Below are positions 1-8,695 of a DNA stretch of 64,000 bases, piece after piece. This stretch comes from Sphingobacteriales bacterium (GTDB taxonomy: Bacteria; Bacteroidota; Bacteroidia; Chitinophagales; Saprospiraceae). Below the pieces are notes generated by a model that saw only the letters and a list, made by a program, of their open reading frames with translations, was not told the origin of the DNA and did not search any database. The DNA lies in NCBI GenBank assembly GCA_042091035.1, contig JBELIG010000002.1, positions 8,603 to 72,602 on the forward strand. Direction: 5' to 3'. Position 1 is the first letter of the stretch. The number at the start of each line of letters is the position of its first letter. Made by a program: the position numbers and the translations under genes.

Positions 1-531
1 ATTTTCGAAGGAGCTGATTCATTAATATCACTTACAGCAACGAGCGCTAATCCTGATTTAATAACTTCACATTACTGGGAACTTAGCAATAATAATTTAG
101 TCTTCTTTAATGACACGACTTTATTTGCTAATGCTCAGTTCTTAGAAGAATCCACGATATTCACCTTGTTTTTAGAATATTATGACTCCATATCAGGTCT
201 GTATTGTGTTGATTCCAACTTAGTTGAAATTGAATTATTACAATCGGTATGTGATACGCCTAATATCTATATGCCAAATGCATTTTCGCCAAATGGAGAT
301 GGTGTTAATGATGTGCTGTTTGTGGAAGGAAATATAATTGAATCAATTGATCTATACATCGTCAACAGATGGGGCCAGACAGTTTTTGAATCTACGGATA
401 AAAATGTGGGTTGGAATGGTACCTTCTTGCAAGAAGATCTTCCACCTGATGTCTACGGATTTTCCCTCACAGCTTACTGTGAAGATGATGATGTTTTTGT
501 TTTAAAAGGAAACATAAATCTGCTGAAATGA
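1..531 (+). CDS. Secreted protein with a T9SS type-B (gliding-motility-associated, CHU_C-like) C-terminal sorting domain; 5' end lies outside the window
   Basis: Frame 1 is open from nt 1, and the listed TTG at 166 is internal. The C-terminus carries 'PNAFSPNGDGVNDVLFVEG...NRWGQTVFES...GWNGTF', typical of the type-B CTD. Confidence 0.75.
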   Translation: MFEGADSLISLTATSANPDLITSHYWELSNNNLVFFNDTTLFANAQFLEESTIFTLFLEYYDSISGLYCVDSNLVEIELLQSVCDTPNIYMPNAFSPNGDGVNDVLFVEGNIIESIDLYIVNRWGQTVFESTDKNVGWNGTFLQEDLPPDVYGFSLTAYCEDDDVFVLKGNINLLK

Positions 532-534
532 TTA

Positions 535-562
535 AAAAAGGTCTCGGAAGAGGCCTTTTTTA
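535..562 (+). terminator. Rho-independent terminator
   Basis: The sequence aaaaaaGGTCTCggaaGAGGCCtttttt forms a 7-bp stem (one G-U pair) followed by a T-run, 4 nt after the stop codon. Confidence 0.7.
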
Positions 563-675
563 GTTAAGACAGGGTAGTAAAACCGTCTTATTTCCAAATA
601 TTGACATAAAAATGTGCAAAATCCAGATTTTTTATTGACTTTTGTCGATATAAGTTGTTTACTTATTAACTGAAT

Positions 676-1605
676 ATGATAAACAATATAAAATTTAATT
701 TCACGATTGCCGACCTAGAGAATTTATCTGGGGTCAAGATTCCTACAATTCGTATGTGGGAAAAGAGGTATACTTTGCTTTCTCCAAAGCGAACGGAAAC
801 TAATATCAGACTCTATGATATTAATGATCTGCGAAAGCTGTTAAATATTGTTTATTTAACTAATTCTGGATACAAAATATCAAAGGTATCTGGTTTATCA
901 GCCAGTGAATTAAATAACAAAGTTAAGGACTCCTACCAGAAGAAAAATTCTGAAGCTTTATTAGTTAATGACTTCATTATTTCGTCTTTGACTTTTGACA
1001 ATGAACTCTTCCACAAAACATATAATACACTAATTGAAAAGTATTCATTCAGTGAATTGTTTGTGAAAGCATTCATTCCTTTATTGGAGAGAATAGGTAT
1101 TCTTTGGCAGACTTCTACATTGACTCCTGCAAATGAGCACTTTATATCCTACCACATCCTAAGGAAACTATACTCAAATATTGATGTAGCTGAGAAACTA
1201 ACTCGGAAAACAAAGAAAGATCGTTTATACGTTTTGTTCTTACCGCACAATGAAATTCACGAATTAGGACTCTTATATACATATTATGAGTTGTTACTTC
1301 GCGAGATGAATGTAGTTTATTTAGGCCAATCTGTAGAGATAAACGAAATGAAGTGTTTCGCTAATCCAGACAGTCGTAATGTCTTTATTAGTAACTTCAC
1401 TGTCGCTCCAGCAAACAGGAAGACAGAAGAATACATTGAAAGCCTGCACGAAAGTTTACTAAAAAACACAAACAATCAATTCTTACTATCCTGTAACAAG
1501 GTCCAGCCAAGCAAAGAATATGATGAAAGAGCTATACACTTGTTTAGCCGCATACCTGATCTAATCGAGAATGTAGATTCCACCCTTATAGAGGAGAATT
1601 TATAA
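676..1605 (+). CDS. MerR-family regulator with a C-terminal cobalamin-binding domain (CarH/LitR-type light-responsive repressor candidate)
   Basis: The N-terminal MerR HTH reads 'IADLENLSGVKIPTIRMWEKRY...IRLYDINDLRKL'. A W-x9-E-H motif 'WQTSTLTPANEH' is encoded at nt 1105-1140. An E-x-H-x-x-G B12 lower-ligand motif 'EIHELG' is encoded at nt 1252-1269. The gene sits directly upstream of crtI. Confidence 0.75.
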   Translation: MINNIKFNFTIADLENLSGVKIPTIRMWEKRYTLLSPKRTETNIRLYDINDLRKLLNIVYLTNSGYKISKVSGLSASELNNKVKDSYQKKNSEALLVNDFIISSLTFDNELFHKTYNTLIEKYSFSELFVKAFIPLLERIGILWQTSTLTPANEHFISYHILRKLYSNIDVAEKLTRKTKKDRLYVLFLPHNEIHELGLLYTYYELLLREMNVVYLGQSVEINEMKCFANPDSRNVFISNFTVAPANRKTEEYIESLHESLLKNTNNQFLLSCNKVQPSKEYDERAIHLFSRIPDLIENVDSTLIEENL

Positions 1606-1711
1606 AAAACCTTAGCTCTGCCTTTGTCTATTTCCATTATCACATTATTCGTAAATACAATTATTTCTGTTTTATGACTTAATTTGTTTGAGTAAAATGG
1701 GAAAACGCTTG

Positions 1712-1751
1712 TTTTTTGTTTAGCTTTAATTTAAATTAGCTAAACAAAAAA
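1712..1751. promoter_or_regulatory. 14-bp perfect inverted repeat (12-nt AT spacer) directly upstream of crtI; candidate operator or 5'-UTR hairpin
   Basis: TTTTTTGTTTAGCT (1712-1725) is the exact reverse complement of AGCTAAACAAAAAA (1738-1751). The repeat ends 9 nt before the crtI ATG at 1761. Confidence 0.5.
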
Positions 1752-1760
1752 TATAGATTG

Positions 1761-3221
1761 ATGAATGTACTTGTAATAGGCTCTGGTTTTTCTTCACTTG
1801 CATCAGCTTGTTATCTTGCTCAAAAAGGATACGATGTTACTATCCTTGAAAAAAACAGCCAGGTAGGAGGAAGAGCGCGTCAGCTTAAAAGAGACGGATT
1901 CATTTTTGATATAGGTCCTACTTTCTATTGGATGCCAGATGTTTTTGACCGCTTCTTTAATGATTTTGGTAAAAAACCTGAAGATTACTATAGGCTTGAA
2001 CAGCTTGATCCTGGTTATGAAGTGTTTTTTGGGGAAGATGATTCTATAAAAGTATCATCTGACTTTAACAAAATCAAAAACACTTTTGAGAAAGAAGAGA
2101 AAGGAGCTTCAAATGCATTGCAGTCATTTATTGATCTTGCAGAGGACAATTATAATATAGCAATTAAGGATCTCGTATATAAACCAGGTGAAAGTCCACT
2201 TGAACTTATTACTCCTAAGACGATAACAAAGGTTGGACAATTTACTAGCACAATCAGAACTCAGGTTAAAAAGAAATTAACCTCTCCAAAACTTAAGAGT
2301 ATCCTAGAATTCCCAGTGCTATTTTTAGGTGCAAAACCTTCAAATACTCCTGGATTCTACAATTTCATGAATTATGCAGATTTCAAGTTAGGTACTTGGC
2401 ATCCACATGGTGGAATGTACATGGTGATCACAGCTATGGAGAATTTGGCTTTGGAGCTTGGAGTTAAAATCGAAACGAATGCAAATGTGGAAGGCTTCGA
2501 ATTTGAAGGAAGTACTATAAAGCGTGTAAAAACTAGCACAAATTCATATCTTGCAGATATCGTAGTATCAGGTGCTGACTATCATCATACTGAATCTTTA
2601 TTACCTCAACCATTTAGACAATACAAAGAATCTTACTGGGATAAAAAAGTTTTTGCACCATCTGCTCTGCTTTTTTATGTAGGATTTGATTCTAAGTTAG
2701 ATAATGTATCACACCACACTTTGTTTTTTGATACTCCATTTGATGATCACGCGTACGAAATATATGACAAACCAGGCTGGCCTAAAAAGCCATTATTTTA
2801 TGCGAGTTTTCCTAGCATAACAGATGGAACAGCTGCACCGGAAGGCAAAGAAGCAGGAATATTTCTTATTCCAATTGCTCCAGACCTAGAGGATACCCCA
2901 GAAGTTAGAGAAGAATATTACGAAAAGATTATGACAAGGTTCGAAACCTTGACAAATCAAAAAGTTAAAGATAAAGTGCTCTTCAAGGAATCATACTGTG
3001 TAAACGATTTCAAAGAAGACTACAATTCATACAAAGGAAATGCATACGGTTTAGCGAATATCTTGCTACAAACTGCATTTCTGAGACCTAAGTTAAAGAG
3101 TAAGAAAGTAAAAAACCTTTTCTTTACTGGTCAACTTACTGTACCTGGACCTGGAGTCCCGCCATCATTGATTTCTGGAAAGATTATCAGTGAATTAGTT
3201 CACAAACACTTCAAAATTTGA
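1761..3221 (+). CDS. crtI: Phytoene desaturase
   Basis: The N-terminal FAD fold reads 'VLVIGSGFSSLASACYLAQKGYDVTILEKNSQVGGRA'. Length is about 486 aa and the C-terminus 'FFTGQLTVPGPGVPPSLISG' is typical of CrtI. I prefer ATG 1761 over the track's TTG 1758. Confidence 0.9.
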   Translation: MNVLVIGSGFSSLASACYLAQKGYDVTILEKNSQVGGRARQLKRDGFIFDIGPTFYWMPDVFDRFFNDFGKKPEDYYRLEQLDPGYEVFFGEDDSIKVSSDFNKIKNTFEKEEKGASNALQSFIDLAEDNYNIAIKDLVYKPGESPLELITPKTITKVGQFTSTIRTQVKKKLTSPKLKSILEFPVLFLGAKPSNTPGFYNFMNYADFKLGTWHPHGGMYMVITAMENLALELGVKIETNANVEGFEFEGSTIKRVKTSTNSYLADIVVSGADYHHTESLLPQPFRQYKESYWDKKVFAPSALLFYVGFDSKLDNVSHHTLFFDTPFDDHAYEIYDKPGWPKKPLFYASFPSITDGTAAPEGKEAGIFLIPIAPDLEDTPEVREEYYEKIMTRFETLTNQKVKDKVLFKESYCVNDFKEDYNSYKGNAYGLANILLQTAFLRPKLKSKKVKNLFFTGQLTVPGPGVPPSLISGKIISELVHKHFKI

Positions 3222-3225
3222 GAAT

Positions 3226-4065
3226 ATGAAAAAGATATTTGACGATTCAGCGATTGCATGTAGCAAATTAGTAACAAACAGCTACAGTACTTCTTTTTCA
3301 CTAGCAGTGAAGATGTTGTATAAAAGCATACAGCCTGCGATATATTCTATTTATGGTTTTGTGCGGTACGCAGATGAGGTAGTTGATACTTTCCATGACT
3401 ATGATAAAGAGGTACTTCTTGAGGAATTTAAGAATGATTTCTATAAGTCTTTGGAACGAGGAATTAGTTTAAACCCTATTTTGCATTCTTTCCAACAGGT
3501 CGTAATAGATTATAACATTGATCTTAATTTGATCCAAGCCTTCTTAAGGTCTATGAAAATGGATCTTACTAAGTCAAAATATTCAACATACGAAGAATAT
3601 AAAGCATATATCTATGGCTCAGCTGACGTTGTTGGTCTTATGTGTTTGAAAGTTTTTGTGAATGGAGATCAAGAGAAGTACGAAGAGTTAAAAGAAAGTG
3701 CAATGGCGCTTGGTTCTGCGTTCCAAAAAGTAAATTTCTTAAGAGACATTAAGCAAGACTTCAATGATCTTGAACGCTCATATTTCCCAGGAGTTGATTT
3801 AATCAACCTAGATGAAAGATCAAAAGCAAGAATCATAGAGGAAATAGAAGATGACTTTGCTAAAGCTTACAAGGGAATTCTTAAGTTGCCTAATGAGGCG
3901 AAGTTTGGGGTATACACAGCATACATATATTACAAGAAGTTGCTTTCGAATTTGAAGAAAACAGAACCTGTGAAAATTGCCCAGACAAGAATAAGAGTTT
4001 CAAACCCAATCAAGATTCTTTTGTTAGGTAGATCTTACATTACTTACAAGCTAAACTTACTTTAA
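3226..4065 (+). CDS. crtB: Phytoene synthase
   Basis: Squalene/phytoene synthase motifs are present: 'YGFVRYADEVVDT' and 'YIYGSADVVGLMC...GSAFQKVNFLRDIKQD'. The gene starts 4 nt after crtI. Confidence 0.9.
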   Translation: MKKIFDDSAIACSKLVTNSYSTSFSLAVKMLYKSIQPAIYSIYGFVRYADEVVDTFHDYDKEVLLEEFKNDFYKSLERGISLNPILHSFQQVVIDYNIDLNLIQAFLRSMKMDLTKSKYSTYEEYKAYIYGSADVVGLMCLKVFVNGDQEKYEELKESAMALGSAFQKVNFLRDIKQDFNDLERSYFPGVDLINLDERSKARIIEEIEDDFAKAYKGILKLPNEAKFGVYTAYIYYKKLLSNLKKTEPVKIAQTRIRVSNPIKILLLGRSYITYKLNLL

Positions 4066-4520
4066 TGCAAGTTTTTTTACTCCTTCTCTTTAATACTTTT
4101 AATCTTTCTGGTTCATGTGAAATAGAACAAATCAGAAGTACATTTTTTTCTATTGAAGGAGAGTCTCAAGTAGTTAATTATATTGAACTTTGCAACGAAT
4201 CTGATTGCCAAGAATCACAATACTACAAAGCAGTTGCCATAATGTGGAAAGCCTCCTTTACATATTGGCCGCATCAAAAATATGCCTACTTTACTGAAGG
4301 CAGAGATATGTTGGAGGAACTCATAAAAACATATCCAGATGATACAGAATTAAGATTTCTGAGGTATATTGTCCAAGTAAATACACCACGGTTCTTAGGT
4401 TATTCTAATGATATAGAAAATGATTTGGTCTTCATTAATACTAACCTTAGTAAGGAAGACTATTCTGAAAGCCACAAAGAACTCATTCTAGAAACAATTG
4501 ATTTTGTAAATAAAAAATAA
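4065..4520 (+). CDS. Hypothetical 151-aa protein embedded in the carotenoid operon
   Basis: The ATG overlaps the crtB stop (TAATG). The N-terminus is hydrophobic ('MQVFLLLLFNTFNLSGSC'). I recognise no family motif. Confidence 0.55.
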   Translation: MQVFLLLLFNTFNLSGSCEIEQIRSTFFSIEGESQVVNYIELCNESDCQESQYYKAVAIMWKASFTYWPHQKYAYFTEGRDMLEELIKTYPDDTELRFLRYIVQVNTPRFLGYSNDIENDLVFINTNLSKEDYSESHKELILETIDFVNKK

Positions 4521-4528
4521 TTCAAAGC

Positions 4529-4981
4529 ATGATTTACCTATTCTATGCAATGATCACCCTAGCGACCTTTGCAATTATGGAAGGTATTACATGGCTTACC
4601 CATAAGTATGTAATGCATGGTTTCTTGTGGTACCTTCACGAAGACCACCATCGACCTGGTTATGAAAACTTTTTTGAAAAAAATGATCTATTCTTTGTAA
4701 TCTTCGCTGCTCCAAGTGCTTCACTCATGGTGTTTGGAATTACAGAATTAGGACTGAACTTTAGATTTTTCATAGGTTTAGGAATTCTCTTTTACGGAAT
4801 AGCCTACTTCCTTGTGCACGATGTATTGATTCATCAAAGGTTTAAGTGGTTCAAGCGCACTAAAAACAAATACTTAAAAGGATTAAGAAAGGCACACAAA
4901 GTTCATCATAAGAATATGGATAAAGAAGAAAGTAAGTGTTTCGGCATGTTATTAGTACCAAAAAAATTCTTTACGATGTAA
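4529..4981 (+). CDS. crtZ: Beta-carotene hydroxylase (fatty-acid hydroxylase superfamily)
   Basis: Histidine boxes are present: 'HKYVMHG', 'HEDHH', 'HDVLIHQR' and 'HKVHH'. The protein is about 150 aa and membrane-embedded. Confidence 0.88.
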   Translation: MIYLFYAMITLATFAIMEGITWLTHKYVMHGFLWYLHEDHHRPGYENFFEKNDLFFVIFAAPSASLMVFGITELGLNFRFFIGLGILFYGIAYFLVHDVLIHQRFKWFKRTKNKYLKGLRKAHKVHHKNMDKEESKCFGMLLVPKKFFTM

Positions 4982-5016
4982 AAAAAGCGAATTGGAAAAT
5001 CCAATTCGCTTTTTTA
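4981..5016. terminator. Bidirectional rho-independent terminator between crtZ (+) and hppA (-)
   Basis: The sequence aaaaaaGCGAATTGGaaaatCCAATTCGCtttttt has a perfect 9-bp stem flanked by an A-run and a T-run. Confidence 0.85.
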
Positions 5017-5039
5017 TTGCATAGCTTATTTGCTACATC

Positions 5040-7199
5040 TTATGCTACAAGTAATGGAGCGATAACTAATGATACAACTGCCATAAGCTTCAGCAAGATA
5101 TTCAGTGAAGGACCTGATGTATCCTTAAATGGATCACCAACCGTGTCACCAACAACTGCCGCTTTATGTGCATCTGAGCCCTTGTAAAGGACCTGATCAC
5201 CAATATCAACACCTTCCTCAAACATTTTCTTAGCATTATCCCATGCTCCACCAGCGTTTGACTGGAATATAGCCATAAGTACCCCACAAACAGTTACTCC
5301 CGCTAATAGACCTCCTAGCATCTCAGCGCCACCTGCAAATCCGATTGCTACCGGAGAAACAACTGCGATAATACCTGGAAGAATCATTTCACGAATTGAA
5401 GCTTTTGTTGAAATTTCAACACACTTGGAATATTCAGCTTTCCCATCTGCCGCGTCAAAAATTGCTTTATCCGCTTCAGACCACTCATCCTGTTCTTTTC
5501 CATCGTACTTACGCATTACCTCAAGAGCTGCTTTCAACTCAGGTATATTCTTGAACTGACGACGTACTTCCTGAATCATATCCATAGCGGCACGACCAAC
5601 TGCGTTCATACTCAAAGCAGAGAATAAAAATGGAAGCATACCCCCTAGTAATAGACCTGCCATAACGACTGGCTTCGAAATATCAATTGCCTGTATTTGA
5701 GCAGTAGTCATAAAGGCAGCAAATAAAGCCAGTGCAGTCAAAGCAGCTGAACCAATCGCAAATCCTTTACCAATTGCCGCTGTTGTATTACCTACTGCAT
5801 CCAACTTATCTGTACGCTGACGAACTTCTTTTGGAAGATCTGCCATTTCTGCAATACCACCAGCGTTATCAGATATAGGACCATAAGCATCTACTGCTAA
5901 TTGGATACCTGTATTTGAAAGCATACCTACCGCTGCAATTGCAATACCATAAAGACCTGCAAAATGATGTGCAACAATAATTGCAATAGCAAGTATTACA
6001 ATTGGAATCGCTGTGGACATCATACCCACACCAAGACCTGCAATAATATTTGTAGCAGCTCCAGTAACAGATTGTTTTACAATACTCATAACTGGCTTGG
6101 TACCTGTACCTGTATAGTATTCCGTAACCATACCAATCAACAATCCTGCTGCAAGACCAGCAATAACCGCGAAGATCACACCTGAAGATTCATAAGTCCC
6201 TTCTCCAAAGGTCCAAGACTCTGGCAAGAAGTAATTAACTGCGAATATGGTAAAAGCAATCATAAGACCTGCAGAGATAAATTCACCTCTATTCAATGCC
6301 TTTTGTGGATCACCACCTTCCTTTACTTTGACAAGGAATGTACCTATAATTGAAGTTACAATACCCGCTCCAGCAAGTATTAATGGCAGTATTACAGGAT
6401 TGATCGAATTATCCATTGAACCCATCAAAGCAGCACCAAGTACCATTGTACCTATAATAGATCCTACATAAGATTCAAAAAGATCTGCTCCCATACCAGC
6501 AACATCTCCAACATTATCCCCAACATTATCTGCAATAGTAGCAGGGTTAAGTGGGTGATCCTCTGGGATACCAGCCTCAACTTTACCAACAAGATCAGCT
6601 CCTACATCAGCCGCTTTGGTGTAAATACCTCCTCCAACTCTTGCAAATAATGCAATAGAAGAAGCTCCAAATGAGAAACCAGTCAGAACTGTTATCACTT
6701 TATTCACAGCGTCAACAGATTCAAAGCCCCACATTCGACTATAAACCACTAATAGCGTACCTAGGCCCAAAAGACCTAAACCAACAACACCAAGGCCCAT
6801 AACAGCTCCACCTGCAAAAGCAACCTCAAGCGCTTTAGACAAACTCACTCGAGCAGCATTCGTTGTTCTTACATTCGCTTTAGTAGCAACACGCATGCCA
6901 ATGAAACCTGCTAAAGCAGAACAAATAGCACCAAGGATAAAGGAAACAGCCACTAAAGGAGAAGAATTCTCAGCATCAGCACTTAAGCCCAAAAGGATTG
7001 CAACACAAATAACAAATATGCTGAGTACCTTATACTCAGCTTTCAAAAATGACATAGCTCCATCAGCAATGTTGGCGGCAATTCTGCCCATACGTTCTGT
7101 ACCAACTTCTTGCTTTGAAACCCATGAAGACTTCCAGAAGGTATATAATAGACCGACTATACCTAATACCGGAATTAAGTAGATTAAAGTATCACCCAT
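5040..7199 (-). CDS. hppA: Membrane-integral pyrophosphate-energised cation pump (K+-dependent-type signature)
   Basis: The 719-aa polytopic protein carries '[20 protein letters not shown]', 'DNVGDNVGD' and '[17 protein letters not shown]'. Confidence 0.93.
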   Translation of the reverse strand: MGDTLIYLIPVLGIVGLLYTFWKSSWVSKQEVGTERMGRIAANIADGAMSFLKAEYKVLSIFVICVAILLGLSADAENSSPLVAVSFILGAICSALAGFIGMRVATKANVRTTNAARVSLSKALEVAFAGGAVMGLGVVGLGLLGLGTLLVVYSRMWGFESVDAVNKVITVLTGFSFGASSIALFARVGGGIYTKAADVGADLVGKVEAGIPEDHPLNPATIADNVGDNVGDVAGMGADLFESYVGSIIGTMVLGAALMGSMDNSINPVILPLILAGAGIVTSIIGTFLVKVKEGGDPQKALNRGEFISAGLMIAFTIFAVNYFLPESWTFGEGTYESSGVIFAVIAGLAAGLLIGMVTEYYTGTGTKPVMSIVKQSVTGAATNIIAGLGVGMMSTAIPIVILAIAIIVAHHFAGLYGIAIAAVGMLSNTGIQLAVDAYGPISDNAGGIAEMADLPKEVRQRTDKLDAVGNTTAAIGKGFAIGSAALTALALFAAFMTTAQIQAIDISKPVVMAGLLLGGMLPFLFSALSMNAVGRAAMDMIQEVRRQFKNIPELKAALEVMRKYDGKEQDEWSEADKAIFDAADGKAEYSKCVEISTKASIREMILPGIIAVVSPVAIGFAGGAEMLGGLLAGVTVCGVLMAIFQSNAGGAWDNAKKMFEEGVDIGDQVLYKGSDAHKAAVVGDTVGDPFKDTSGPSLNILLKLMAVVSLVIAPLLVA

Positions 7200-7355
7200 A
7201 ATTAAAGATGTTTAGGTTCTTATTTTAGTTATAAAATAGATAGACTTGATTTCAAGCGACGTACAAGTTAATTAAAATTAATATTAAATTTATTTTCAAC
7301 CATAATTAATTTTGAACCTATATAAATACACACATTTTAATCACAGCATAATGAT

Positions 7356-7922
7356 TTACATCCAATATAATTTTTCTTCAATCGAACCAATCTCCCTATC
7401 TTTATCAATCAACGCATCAACTTTACCCATATATATCAATCCAAGGCATCTTTCGCCAGGCTTTAAGCCCAAAAACGAAACAGCTCGCTGAGTCATTGCA
7501 GATGGACTGCTCCAATAACATCCGATTTTTTTACCCGTACAAGCAAGCCAGATATTCTGAACAGCCATCGCTACTGCTGCTATTTCCTCCCACTCAGGTA
7601 CGCGCTCTTCAGGATCTCTCTGCATGATTACTGATAATACCACACCACTCTGCATAGGCTTCTTCAAGATCTTGTTGTACTTGAATTCAGAAAACCCTCC
7701 CTGTGCATTTTGCATCTTGTAGTCGTTTGCCAAAAATTCAGCTAATCGACTCCTAGATTCTTCAGAATGAAAAACACCAAACCTCCAAGGTTCTGTCTTC
7801 CTATGACTGGGTGCCCTATTTGCCAAATCAAGTAATTCTAGCAAGATTTCCTTACTTATTGTCTCTCCATTATAGGATTTAGGATATACTGCCGATCGCT
7901 TTTTTATTATCTCTTCAATCAT
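7356..7922 (-). CDS. Nitroreductase-family NAD(P)H oxidoreductase
   Basis: The N-terminus 'RSAVYPKSY...ELLDLANRAPSHRKTEPWRF' is typical of the family, and the protein is about 188 aa. Confidence 0.75.
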   Translation of the reverse strand: MIEEIIKKRSAVYPKSYNGETISKEILLELLDLANRAPSHRKTEPWRFGVFHSEESRSRLAEFLANDYKMQNAQGGFSEFKYNKILKKPMQSGVVLSVIMQRDPEERVPEWEEIAAVAMAVQNIWLACTGKKIGCYWSSPSAMTQRAVSFLGLKPGERCLGLIYMGKVDALIDKDREIGSIEEKLYWM

Positions 7923-7966
7923 AATTTAATAGGCTTTAAATAATTTTACCTGCTAGCGCATAAAAC

Positions 7967-7985
7967 ATTTTTTAGACTAACCTAA
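7967..7985. promoter_or_regulatory. Candidate DtxR/MntR-family operator half-palindrome in the promoter of the metal-uptake operon
   Basis: ATTTTTTAGACTAACCTAA matches the classical DtxR 19-mer TTAGGTTAGCCTAACCTAA at 14 of 19 positions, and the right half is nearly perfect. It lies 35 nt upstream of the repressor ATG. Confidence 0.4.
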
Positions 7986-8019
7986 AAATGGTTATCTTTA
8001 CCTTATAAATTTAAGAATA

Positions 8020-8688
8020 ATGAAACAACCTTTGTCCAGTACTGAGGAAAATTATTTAAAAGCTATTTTTAAGATTTGTGAACGATCTGATAAGCCAGCT
8101 AGCACAAACGATGTTGCTATTCTATTGAATACCAAAGCAGCCTCTGTCACGGACATGCTCAAGCGCTTATCTGAAAAATCGCTTATTAATTACATCAAAT
8201 ACAAAGGTGTTACCTTAACTGAATCTGGAGAGTCTATAGCAACATCCTTAATAAGGAAGCACAGACTTTGGGAAGTTTTCCTAACTGATAAACTAAATTT
8301 TGGCTGGGAAGAAGTCCATGAGATCGCAGAACAGCTTGAACATATAAAATCTGAAGAGCTTACGATTAGGTTGGAAGAATTTTTGGATCATCCAAAATTC
8401 GACCCACATGGTGACCCTATACCTGATCGCGAAGGAAAATTTCAGTATCGTCAACAAATCTTATTAGCAGATGTTGAGAAAAATATTCCTTTAGTAATTG
8501 TTGGAGTAAATGAACATGGAACTGAATTCCTCCAATACCTGGAAAAACTCAATCTCATTCTAGGCTCGAAACTGACAGTAATGGATACTTTCACTTACGA
8601 CAATAGTCTATTGGTTCAAGTAAACAACAGTGTAAAGCAAACGATTAGCGCAAAAGTTGCCAAAAATATATTTGTGCAAAAAACTTAA
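8020..8688 (+). CDS. DtxR/MntR-family metal-dependent transcriptional repressor with a C-terminal FeoA/SH3-like domain
   Basis: The sequence 'TEENYLKAIFKI...VTDMLKRLSEKSLINY...RKHRLWEVFL...HEIAEQLEH' shows the winged helix, the dimerisation and metal-site helix, and a C-terminal extension. Confidence 0.85.
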   Translation: MKQPLSSTEENYLKAIFKICERSDKPASTNDVAILLNTKAASVTDMLKRLSEKSLINYIKYKGVTLTESGESIATSLIRKHRLWEVFLTDKLNFGWEEVHEIAEQLEHIKSEELTIRLEEFLDHPKFDPHGDPIPDREGKFQYRQQILLADVEKNIPLVIVGVNEHGTEFLQYLEKLNLILGSKLTVMDTFTYDNSLLVQVNNSVKQTISAKVAKNIFVQKT

Positions 8689-8695
8689 TACTTCA

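Noticed and set aside
4936-5187. An 83-aa plus-strand ORF spanning the crtZ 3' end, the terminator and the hppA 3' end.
   Set aside because: It reads through a strong bidirectional terminator and overlaps two well-supported genes. It has no supporting motif.
5964-7182. Plus-strand ORFs (73-95 aa) listed inside hppA, and the 61-aa minus-strand ORF at 5102-5287.
   Set aside because: These are antisense or alternate-frame shadows of a well-supported 719-aa membrane protein gene. Their compositions are low-complexity (Cys/Asn/Thr- or Ile/Pro-rich).
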